Source: an uncultured Thermoleophilia bacterium
Lineage (GTDB): Bacteria > Actinomycetota > Thermoleophilia > Gaiellales > Gaiellaceae
Direction: 5' to 3'
Assembly (NCBI GenBank): GCA_963782615.1
Contig: CAWAKM010000007.1
Span: 1,432 to 65,431, forward strand
Length of the DNA stretch: 64,000 nt
The notes under the pieces are model-generated. The model was not told the DNA's origin and searched no databases. It saw nothing but the letters and a program-made list of their open reading frames with translations. Below, one piece after another: positions 37,827 through 46,498 of the stretch (its first letter is position 1; each line of letters opens with the position of its first letter). The position numbers and the translations under genes are program-made.

Positions 37827-38700
37827 GTGGGGTGTCACCGGGGTGTGCACCGCACGCGCAAACTAGGCGCTCGTGACATGCCTGACCCCAGGCAACATGC
37901 CGTGGAGGGCGTGCTCCTGGGATTCAGATGGGCGGTGACGGACTCACTGCTCGATCACATCGGCGTACGGGCGGCGCTCGATCCGCTCGCGCAGCCGGTA
38001 GGCGGCCGCCACCTCGAGCTCGAGCTCGAGCGTCACACCAAGATGCCCACCGACACCTGCGCCGCGCGCAGAACTTCCGGTCGATCCTCGCCGATCTCGA
38101 TCACATCGCCGGTGCCGGTCGCGATCCGCACGCCGCGGAGCGTCGCCGAGAAGCTCGGGAACGCGATGCCGTCGCAGAAGGTGACGATCCGTCGCTACTC
38201 GGCGTCATCATCAGCCACGGCCACCCCGATCACTACGGGCTTGTGGCGGCAAGCTCGCCCGTGGTTCCTCGCTACATCGGCGAGGCGGCACACCGGATTC
38301 TCGCCGCGGCCGCCTTCTTCACACCGACAGGCGTTGACCTGCGCCCGAACGGCTTCCTGCACGACCGACAGCCGTTCACGCTCGGGCCGTTCCAGGTCAC
38401 GCCGTACCTGTCGGATCACAGCGCCTTCGACGCCTACGGACTCCTTGCCGAGGCCGGCGATCGCAGCCTCTACTACTCCCCCGACCTGCGCGGCCACGGA
38501 CGAAAACGCAGCCTGTTCGAGCGTCTGCTGACCGAGCCGCCTAATGCGCATACGCTGCTCCTGGAAGGCACCCGCATCGCCGAACAGCCCGACGACACGC
38601 GCGGGCTGGCGAGCGAGACCGACGTCGAGAACGCGGCCGCAAGCTCTTTCGGGGCACAGACGGGATCGCTCTCGCTCTCTACTCGCCCCAGAACATCGAC
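37827..38700 (+). pseudogene. Broken MBL-fold (RNase J/beta-CASP-like) hydrolase
   Basis: GVIISHGHPDHYGL, DHSAFDAY, YSPDLRGHGRK, LLLEGTRI; N-terminus scrambled and C-terminus cut short before attR. Confidence 0.65.
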
Positions 38701-38809
38701 CGGCTCGTCTCCCGCAGGGAACTTGACTGTGGCGAGGAACGTGGCGGGAGGAGTCTCGGCGCCAGTCGAACCGCTTTCTCAAGCCGTTTGCGCCCTGGCC
38801 GCGGCGAGG

Positions 38810-38872
38810 CTTCAAAACCTGTGCGGTGTGGTAACCCCACGCTCGGTCGGTTCGACTCCGGCGCCGCTCCGT
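38810..38872 (+). repeat. Second attR-like 3' copy of selC
   Basis: 63 bp identical to 24143-24205, starting exactly at the anticodon loop. Confidence 0.9.
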
Positions 38873-39075
38873 GAAGAGGAGGTGAAGGTCGTCAGCTTGA
38901 CGAGCTTCCTGCCGCGCTCGACGGCAACCGCGGCGATGCCGGACTCAGGGGAGACGTAGAGACGCTTCATGCGGTGTCGAAGGCTAGGCGTCGGGGCTAG
39001 TCGCCCGACCTCGAAGTTGCTACTGAACTTCATCGTTTTCCCCCGGCGCGGGGCCTCACGGCTTAGTCTCAGAGC

Positions 39076-39987
39076 ATGCAGGCGAGCGACATGAGTGCCC
39101 TTCTGACCAAGGGTTTGTCGAAGCACTACGGCAACGTCGCGGCGCTCGACGAGCTCGATCTCAGGATCGAGCCGGGCGAGGTCTACGGCTACCTGGGGCC
39201 GAACGGCGCCGGCAAGACGACGACGATCCGCCTGCTGCTCGGACTGCATCGCCCGACGAGCGGTCGAGCAGAGCTGTTCGGCGTCGACGCCTGGGGCGAT
39301 CCGGTCGAGGCACACCGGCGCGTTGCCTATGTCGCCGGGGAGCCGTTTCTTTGGCCGCAGCTGACGAGCACCGAGACGTTTGCACTGCTTGCCCGGCTGC
39401 ATGGATCGACGGATAACGCTTACCGCGAGCTGCTTGTGGAGCGGTTCCAGCTGGACGTCGATCGCAAGATCCGCGCCCTCTCGAAGGGGAACCGCCAGAA
39501 GGTGCAGCTCGTCGCTGCGTTCGCGACGCGAGCCGACCTGTTGATCCTGGACGAGCCGACGAGCGGGCTCGACCCGTTGATGGAGATGGCTTTCCGCGAG
39601 ACCGTGCTCGAGGCGAAAGAGCGCGGGCAAACGGTCTTCCTCTCGTCGCACATCCTCAGCGAGGTCGAAGCGGTGTGCGATCGCGTCGGCATTCTCCGCA
39701 ACGGCCGTCTCGTCGACGAGGGGACTCTCGCCGAGCTCCGACACCTGAGCGCGCACACCGTAGACGTCACATTCTCTGGTGCCGTGCCTGCTCTCGGCCC
39801 GCTCGACGGTGTGCACGTGGTCGACACAGCAGGCAGCGTGCTGCGGCTGGAGGTCAGTGGCGCTATACAGCCGCTCCTCATGGAGCTCGCCGACCAGCAG
39901 GTGGTGTCTCTGACGAGTCACGAGCCGTCGCTCGAGGAGATCTTCCTTCACCACTACGAGGACCCGGGCGGTCGTGAAGGCAGCTAG
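39076..39987 (+). CDS. ABC-2 exporter ATP-binding subunit
   Basis: GPNGAGKT, LSKGNRQK, LILDEPTSGLD, SSHILSE; start could be 39091. Confidence 0.93.
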   Translation: MQASDMSALLTKGLSKHYGNVAALDELDLRIEPGEVYGYLGPNGAGKTTTIRLLLGLHRPTSGRAELFGVDAWGDPVEAHRRVAYVAGEPFLWPQLTSTETFALLARLHGSTDNAYRELLVERFQLDVDRKIRALSKGNRQKVQLVAAFATRADLLILDEPTSGLDPLMEMAFRETVLEAKERGQTVFLSSHILSEVEAVCDRVGILRNGRLVDEGTLAELRHLSAHTVDVTFSGAVPALGPLDGVHVVDTAGSVLRLEVSGAIQPLLMELADQQVVSLTSHEPSLEEIFLHHYEDPGGREGS

Positions 39988-41563
39988 CGCGCTCGCCCGG
40001 AGGACGCTGGCAAACGGACGGATCAACACCGGCTCGTTCGCCCTGCTCTTTCTCTTCATCGCCTTTGTCAACCCGGTCGGCTATCGGCGCGCCTACCCGA
40101 CGGCGGCCGACCGGCTGGCCTTCGCGCAGAGCTTCGGAACGAACAAGATCGTGCAGCTGTTCTATGGCATTCCGCACGACCTCCTAAGCGTTGGTGGGTA
40201 TACGGCCTGGCGCGTGGGCGGAACGGCCTCGATTTTCGCCGCTGCCTGGGGGCTGATGGCGGCTGTCCGCGCCCTACGCGCCGAGGAAGATGCCGGCCGC
40301 CAGGAGCTCGTGCTCGCAGGCGTGATCAGTCGCCGATACGCGTACCTGGCCGCACTTGGCGCGATCGCCGGTGGCGCGATCATCCTCTGGCTGGCTCTGC
40401 TGGTAGGCCTCGCTGCAGCCCGCCTGTCCGTAGCTGGCTCAGCCTTCCTGGCGCTCACCGTGATCTCGCCGATCCCGGTGTTCGCCGGTGTGGGCGCGCT
40501 CACGAGCCAGATCGCGTCGACGAAGCGCCTAGCCCTCGCGCTCGCCAGCGCGGCGCTCGGGCTTGCGTTCCTGCTTCGCGTGATCGCCGACACGTCGACG
40601 AGCTACGGCTGGATGCGCTGGGTCACGCCGCTCGGATGGGCCGAGGAGCTGCAGGCTTTCGATAACCCTCAACCGCTCGTTCTCGTCCTTCCTGTGCTCA
40701 CTGCCGTTGTGCTGCTCGTTACCGCGGGGTTGATCAACGCGGGGCGCGATGTCGGCCGCGGGCTCCTGGTGGGCGACGACACGCGCACGCCGCGCATGCG
40801 GCTCCTCTCCTCCCCCACCGCGTTTGCGTTCCGCAGCGAGCTCACGACGCTCGGGATCTGGATCGCGGGTACCGGTGTGTTCGCCGTCGTCGTCGGCGTC
40901 CTCTCGACGAGCTTCACGACCGAGAACCTCCCGGCCAATATCCGCGAGGAGCTGGAAAAGCTCGGTGGTGCATCGCTCGTCACCCCGGCCGGCGCGCTCG
41001 GCTTCTACTTCCTCCTGTTCGTGTTCGCGATCAGTCTCTTCGCGTGCTCGCAGATGGCTGCCGCGCGCCGGGAGGAGTCGGACCAGCAGCTCGAGACGCT
41101 GCTCGCGCTCTCGGTCGGGCGAACGCGCTGGCTCGGCGGGCGAATCGCTCTCGGTATCGCGGGCATCGGCGCCCTTGCTCTCGTGGCTGGCTTGCTGTCG
41201 TGGGCCGGGGCTGTCTCGCAGGGCGCCGATGTCTCGCTCGGGGAGATGCTCGAGGCCGGCCTTAACTGCCTGCCGACGTCGCTCCTCTTCCTCGCCCTCG
41301 CCTCGCTAGCATACGGGCTGATGCCGCGTGCGAGCACCGGGCTCGCGTACGGGCTCGTGAGCGTTGCGTTCGTCTGGCAGCTGTTCGGGTCACTGATCGG
41401 GGCGCCGCAGTGGATCGTCGACCTTAGCCCCTTCCAACACATCGGGCTCGTTCCGGCGCAGCCGTTCCACGTCACCGCGGCGATCGTGATGGTCGCGCTC
41501 GCCGCCGTTGGTGCGCTTGCGAGCCTGTGGGCCTTCAGGCGGCGCGACCTGACGCCCGCCTAA
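39974..41563 (+). CDS. ABC-2 exporter permease (duplicated-domain, antibiotic/peptide-exporter type)
   Basis: About 12 TMs, RAEEDAGRQELVLA, EESDQQLETLLA, WVTPLGW, LSPFQH, FRRRDL. Confidence 0.88.
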   Translation: MKAASALARRTLANGRINTGSFALLFLFIAFVNPVGYRRAYPTAADRLAFAQSFGTNKIVQLFYGIPHDLLSVGGYTAWRVGGTASIFAAAWGLMAAVRALRAEEDAGRQELVLAGVISRRYAYLAALGAIAGGAIILWLALLVGLAAARLSVAGSAFLALTVISPIPVFAGVGALTSQIASTKRLALALASAALGLAFLLRVIADTSTSYGWMRWVTPLGWAEELQAFDNPQPLVLVLPVLTAVVLLVTAGLINAGRDVGRGLLVGDDTRTPRMRLLSSPTAFAFRSELTTLGIWIAGTGVFAVVVGVLSTSFTTENLPANIREELEKLGGASLVTPAGALGFYFLLFVFAISLFACSQMAAARREESDQQLETLLALSVGRTRWLGGRIALGIAGIGALALVAGLLSWAGAVSQGADVSLGEMLEAGLNCLPTSLLFLALASLAYGLMPRASTGLAYGLVSVAFVWQLFGSLIGAPQWIVDLSPFQHIGLVPAQPFHVTAAIVMVALAAVGALASLWAFRRRDLTPA

Positions 41564-41876
41564 CTGCATACGTAGCAGTCGGCCGTGCCGCGGGCGAGGT
41601 GAAGCGCGTCGCGCGCGACCGCCGTGCCTATGTCCCGGTGGCGTCGGACTCAAGTCCACCCATCGACCCGTTCCGAACTGAAAGGATGACGGCGTGGGAG
41701 CGAGGTCCCCGAGGACGGCGATTGGCACTCGCTGGATGAGCTGAGCGAGGTGTGTCACTTCCCGGACCGGTGGATCGAGGAGTTTCGTCGGGACGGGCTC
41801 GAGGTTGTCGAGGACGTGGCCGAGGGCAAGATCGCACTCGTCTCGGCCTAGACGGTTCATGCGCGTAGTTGGAAGG

Positions 41877-42611
41877 CTAGGCGGCCAGTAGGGGTTGTAG
41901 GACGCCGATCCGAGTGAGGTAGGCGGGGCGGGGTGAGCGGAGGTAGGCGACGACTGCGTCCGCGTCTTTCTCGCACGGCAGCAGTGTTTTCCAGCCTGCG
42001 AGGTGCTCGAGTCGGTGGAAGTCGCCGCAGGCGACAGCGGAGAGCCCCTGTTGCGCTACCCAGCCAAACAGCGTGGCGCGGTTGAAGAGTTCGAAGCGGT
42101 CGACGATCTCCCGGAGCGCTGGGTCGGCAGCGAAGCCGCGGGTGAGACGGTGTGGGTTGTCGGAGACTTCGTCGTCGAACGGGTGCGCCGCGATGATCGC
42201 GGCGCCGGCCTCCCGGGCCGTCTCGATCGCCTCGCCGATCCCGCGATCGACGGAGACGAAATGTTCGAGCCCGACGGCGACCGCGTGGGCGGCCCGGTCA
42301 GGCTGTACGTCGTTGTAGGTCAACTCGAGACCGGGCAGGACAAGGAGGTCGTACTGGCTCCGCGCCCGGGCCGCCTCGCGATCGATCTCGGCCAGATACC
42401 CCGCGTACAGCTCCGGCCGCACCCCGGTGCCGGTCCATTCGGCCGGGTCGAGCCAGGGATCATCGGAGCGGACGACGTGGTCAGTAATGCAGAGCACGTC
42501 GAATCCCCGTGCCCCGTAGATGTCAACGACCGCGGCGACCGAGAACAGGCCGTCACTCCACGTCGTATGCGCGTACAGCTCAGCAAGCAAAGGACCCGTG
42601 CGAGTTCTCAT
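41877..42611 (-). CDS. PHP-domain metallohydrolase-like protein
   Basis: ELYAHTTWSDG, CITDHV, PGLELT, AAHPF, CGDFH; the first metal His appears as Tyr. Confidence 0.75.
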   Translation of the reverse strand: MRTRTGPLLAELYAHTTWSDGLFSVAAVVDIYGARGFDVLCITDHVVRSDDPWLDPAEWTGTGVRPELYAGYLAEIDREAARARSQYDLLVLPGLELTYNDVQPDRAAHAVAVGLEHFVSVDRGIGEAIETAREAGAAIIAAHPFDDEVSDNPHRLTRGFAADPALREIVDRFELFNRATLFGWVAQQGLSAVACGDFHRLEHLAGWKTLLPCEKDADAVVAYLRSPRPAYLTRIGVLQPLLAA

Positions 42612-43071
42612 GCCACGAGCATGCGCACTCCCGACCCCAATATGGGCAAGAAAGTGGCTTCTGAGCAGGGAAAACATGGATAACAGCGGTCAACCGCAAC
42701 GCACGTGCGACAGCAAAGAGTGCCCACTCGCCGAGGTCATGCCCCCTGAAGCTCGACGATATGGACACTCTTTGTGCCACCCAGCGGGAATCGGAAACCG
42801 ACGGATGGAGGAGGGCAGATCCAGAGCACTATCCAGAAGACACGTGAACCGCTCCGGGTTTCATGCAGGCCTGCAACTTTCCCGGAGCGGTTCACACAGT
42901 CACCCGAGGAGGCTCGGTCCCCGAGAGCGCCTGGGTGCGGTTCACCGCACCCGCAGACACCTGCGCACCGTCTTCGCCAGGCACCGAGGCGAAGGCACGC
43001 TGTCCATTAGGCCGTGACACAAACGATCGGAGCACCCCAGATCGTCGCCCGACTCGCACCGGAGCTGATTC

Positions 43072-43566
43072 ATGCACACTCGAGTTCTCAAACCCAAACA
43101 CGGGCCGACCCTCTTCGTGAGGCCCCTGCGCCACGGCGACGTCGGCACGGTGATGGCGGTCTTCGCACGTCTCGGCGATCGGTCGCGCCGCGCGCGCTTC
43201 AACGGCCCCAAACCGCGTCTCACCACAGCCGACCTCGAGCAACTCGCCTCGGCCGACTCGACCCGCCACGTGCTCGTCGCGTACGTCGAGGGCGACCAGC
43301 AACCGGTCGCCATTGCGCGTCTCGTCCGCGACGGGCACAGCGCCGAGATCGCCTTCGAAGTAGCCGATGAGTACCAGCAGCTCGGCATCGGGTCGACCCT
43401 CACCGCGGAGCTCCTCGCAGACGCGCGAGCCGCCGGGATCACCGAGATCACCGCTCTCGTGGCGAGCGACAATCCCGCCGCAGTCGCGCTGCTGCGCCGG
43501 ATCCTGACCGTGCTCGACATCCGCTTCGATGGCCCTGAGCTCTCGATCCGCGCGGTGCTTCTGTAA
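43072..43566 (+). CDS. GNAT-family acetyltransferase
   Basis: FVRPLRHGD, SRRARF, AEIAFEVADEYQQLGIGS, SDNPAAVALL. Confidence 0.85.
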   Translation: MHTRVLKPKHGPTLFVRPLRHGDVGTVMAVFARLGDRSRRARFNGPKPRLTTADLEQLASADSTRHVLVAYVEGDQQPVAIARLVRDGHSAEIAFEVADEYQQLGIGSTLTAELLADARAAGITEITALVASDNPAAVALLRRILTVLDIRFDGPELSIRAVLL

Positions 43567-43651
43567 CCCAGCATTCCGCGTGGCCGTGTTCGGGAACGTT
43601 CCCTGGTACTCGTCGGCACCTTGGACACCGGCGGTCGCTGTGCGTGCTCAC

Positions 43652-43756
43652 TACGAGCTCGCGCGCCTTCTTCAGCCGCCAGGCCGTGTCGGGCACCGCG
43701 ATCCCGTCGACGGAGGCCGCAAAGCCGCCGAGGAGCGTCAGCCGAACGTCGCTCAT
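43652..43756 (-). pseudogene. 5' stub of a BTAD/SARP-type regulator
   Basis: MSDVRLTLLGGFAASVDG...WRLKKARELV, after which similarity ends abruptly. Confidence 0.6.
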
Positions 43757-43832
43757 CGTGCGACCAATGTAACCCCATGGGCATGAATCGCCGCCGAAAT
43801 CCCATCACGAGTCACGGAGCCGCCTAAGAACA

Positions 43833-43853
43833 CGCAAAGAGGGCGCAAAGAGG
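43833..43853 (+). promoter_or_regulatory. Direct repeat CGCAAAGAGG x2 with 11-bp period
   Basis: 43833-43842 and 43844-43853, between the BTAD stub and the cNMP gene. Confidence 0.5.
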
Positions 43854-43917
43854 CATCCGTAGCGTGGGTTGCGTCAACCCAGATCACACCCCTCCCACGA
43901 CCTCGAAGGAGACACCC

Positions 43918-44346
43918 ATGAGCATCGACGAGATCAGAGCAATTCCCCTCTTCCGCGACTCCCCGCGCTCGCGCTGGGCCGAGCTGGCGAGGCTCGCCGA
44001 CCGCATCACGCTGCCGGCGGGCAAAGTGCTGGCACGGCAGGGATCGCTCGCCCACGAGTTCTTCGTCATCAACGACGGAATCGTCGACGTGATTCGGGAC
44101 GGGAACTTCGTGGCCCTGCTCGGCCCTGGCGACTTCTTCGGCGAGATCGCGCTTGCCGGCGACCCTCGCCGCACAGCCACGGTCGTCGCCGCCTCCGACG
44201 TCGACCTCACGGTCATCGCCCGGCGCGAGTTCCACACCATGCTGTCGCGGTTTCCCGGCATCGCATCGACCATCCTCTCGACGGCGTCGCGAAGGATGGT
44301 CTCCGACCTGAGGGCCGACTACCGAACTCCAACGGGCGCACTGTGA
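43918..44346 (+). CDS. Stand-alone cyclic-nucleotide-binding domain protein
   Basis: IPLFRD, LARQG, LGPGDFFGEIAL....RRTATVVA; RBS GAAGGAG. Confidence 0.88.
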   Translation: MSIDEIRAIPLFRDSPRSRWAELARLADRITLPAGKVLARQGSLAHEFFVINDGIVDVIRDGNFVALLGPGDFFGEIALAGDPRRTATVVAASDVDLTVIARREFHTMLSRFPGIASTILSTASRRMVSDLRADYRTPTGAL

Positions 44347-44539
44347 GCGTCGAAGGGCAAGGAAGCTGTGGTCGATGCCTTCGTCTTGCTGGTCAACAAC
44401 GACACCGGCCGGACCTCACAACGTTGCGCACCGTGGCAACGGCGCCGTGCCTTGTCGAGACGTTCGCATCACGCTCCGGTCGCTCTGGCGCCGGTGTACC
44501 GTCTGCACGGTTGAAGACGGACAACGACGGAGGGCTTGC

Positions 44540-45394
44540 GTGATCGTGATCACCGGTGCTGGAGGGCATGTCGGCGGCCTGATCGCCGATCGACTCAGCG
44601 AGCGCGGCCTGTCGTCGCGACTCCTCACGCGCGACCCGTCGCGGCTGCCGGAGCGCGCCGGTGTGGAGATCGTCGGGATCGACGGTTTCGAGGACACCGT
44701 TGCCGTCGCTTCCGCGCTCGGTGAGGACGATCGAGTCTTCATGGTCGCCATGCACTCGTCCGTCGAGGACCGCACGCGCCAGCATCGGGCCTTCGTCGAC
44801 ATGGCCGTCACCGCGGGGGTCGGTCAGCTCGTATATCTCTCATGCCTGGGTGCCGGACCCGAAGCGGTGTTTCTGCACGGGCGCTCGCACGGCGCGACCG
44901 AGGCCATGGTCAGGGAATCCGGCCTCCCGTTCACGTTCGTGCGCATGAGCATGTGGACGGACGACATCCCGAACTGGTTCGACCCCGACGGAGTGATCCG
45001 CGCGCCGGCCGGCGACGGTCGCATCAGCTTCACGTATCGACCCGAGATCGCAAGCGTGATCGCTGCGGCGTTGACCGAGGCGGGCCACGTCGGCAAGGTC
45101 TACGACGTCACCGGGCCGGAGTCGGTCAGCATGCCGGAGCTCGCCGCCCTCGCGGCCGAGATCAGCGGCGACGACTATCGCTGCGAGCCGCTCGAGCGCG
45201 ACGCGTGGACGGCCAGGCGGCTCGCGATGGGCCGACCCGCCTGGTCGGTCGAGGCGGGGCTTTCCTCCTGGGATGCTCTCCACGCCGGCGAGTTCGACGT
45301 TGTCTCGGACACCGTGCGCGACCTCACCGGGGGCGAGCCGATCACGGTGGCCGACTGGATCACCGGTCACGCCGGCGAGATGCCGCTGGCGTAG
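44540..45394 (+). CDS. NmrA/atypical SDR NAD(P)-binding protein
   Basis: VITGAGGHVG, YLSCLG, GDGRISFTYRPEIA, YDVTGPES. Confidence 0.85.
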   Translation: MIVITGAGGHVGGLIADRLSERGLSSRLLTRDPSRLPERAGVEIVGIDGFEDTVAVASALGEDDRVFMVAMHSSVEDRTRQHRAFVDMAVTAGVGQLVYLSCLGAGPEAVFLHGRSHGATEAMVRESGLPFTFVRMSMWTDDIPNWFDPDGVIRAPAGDGRISFTYRPEIASVIAAALTEAGHVGKVYDVTGPESVSMPELAALAAEISGDDYRCEPLERDAWTARRLAMGRPAWSVEAGLSSWDALHAGEFDVVSDTVRDLTGGEPITVADWITGHAGEMPLA

Positions 45395-46498
45395 TTTCGT
45401 CCCGCGACGCGGATGAACCCAACCGCGACCGCCCCGTTCCCCTCCAGGTTCGCCCGCACGCGCCCGCCGGCGCTGCCACACACAACCGTAGCGACCGGCG
45501 GTCCGCCAACACTCTCGGCCCCCTGCGGCGGGCGAACGTCGGCCTCACAGATCATCGTCGCGCGTGGCAACGCCCACGGCAACACTGCTCAGGTCAACTC
45601 GACCACATCCGGATCGAGCACCCGGACCGCCGTCATCCTCTGAGCGCCTCGGTTGCGTTCGCTCTCAGCCTGCCACTGCTCCTGCTGATTGGGGTTCGAG
45701 ACTGCAGAGCGCCATAGACGACGTCCGGCCCGCTCCGGACGGAACGTGCGCATTGGCTGAGCGCGTAGGCAGATCAGCCGGACGGTCCGCTGTCGGTTCG
45801 CGATGGGCAGCCGGCCGGCCGATCTGCGCGTGCCCCCAGAGTCGAGATTGGACGCACACTCCGTAGATGCGCGCGGCAAGGAAAACTTGCGCTGCGGTGC
45901 TGTCGGACCGACCGGGAGCGCCGCCGCCGCCAGCCGTAGGTCGGCGCCGCACCGGTCATCCCACTCCTCCGCGGGCGGAGAGTCCCTCCCAGGAATCCGT
46001 CCGCACCTAGTAGATGCGAGAGGAGGCGAAAACTTGCGGAGCGGCTCGCACGAGTCCTACGCTGGAGCGCCATTCGTATTCCTTCACGAGCGTGGCGCGG
46101 AGCTCGACGTGGTCGGCAGACCCGTCCTCGAACGCGCGAAGGATGCTTTCCCGGTCGGCAATCGACAGGCGGTCACGGTGGTATCGCGGTCGTGTGTCCG
46201 TTCTCGAGTTTCTCAGCGGTGTCCCGAGCTGCGCCCAGAGCATGCCGCGAGGTTCAGGACGAGGGGTTATCGATTTGGATTTCTGCAAGGAACATCCTTC
46301 CCGTTCGAGTCGCCTGCGCTCCTGCGCCCGCCCGGGGCTGGAAGACGAACCGGCCGACAGATGCGGAGAAGTGAGGTCCCCGTACTCCCTCGCTCTTTGC
46401 CACTGCAGAACTGCGGCATCGAGGACCGCTGGTCGTCATCTGTAAAAACCTCGTAAAGGGGGGTGCCGCGGCGGGCACTTTGCGCACGGTTCGTGTTG

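Larger units (their letters stand above)
31061..38872. mobile_element. Genomic island B in tandem at selC (no integrase seen)
   Basis: Bounded by the selC 3' copies at 30980-31060 and 38810-38872. Confidence 0.7.

Noticed and set aside
30980-38872. selC copies at 30980 and 38810 as extra tRNA genes (including a TCT Arg tRNA)
   Set aside because: Both lack the 5' acceptor strand and D-arm, so they cannot fold as tRNAs
24205-38872. Integrase or prophage genes in the selC islands
   Set aside because: No R-H-R-Y tyrosine recombinase, serine recombinase or phage structural motifs in any ORF; the only recombinase is the IS110 enzyme
14267-40071. Long antisense ORFs (14267-16243, 31458-33521, 34954-36636, 36303-37730, 38812-40071)
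   Set aside because: They lie opposite well-supported genes in high-GC DNA and carry no domain motifs
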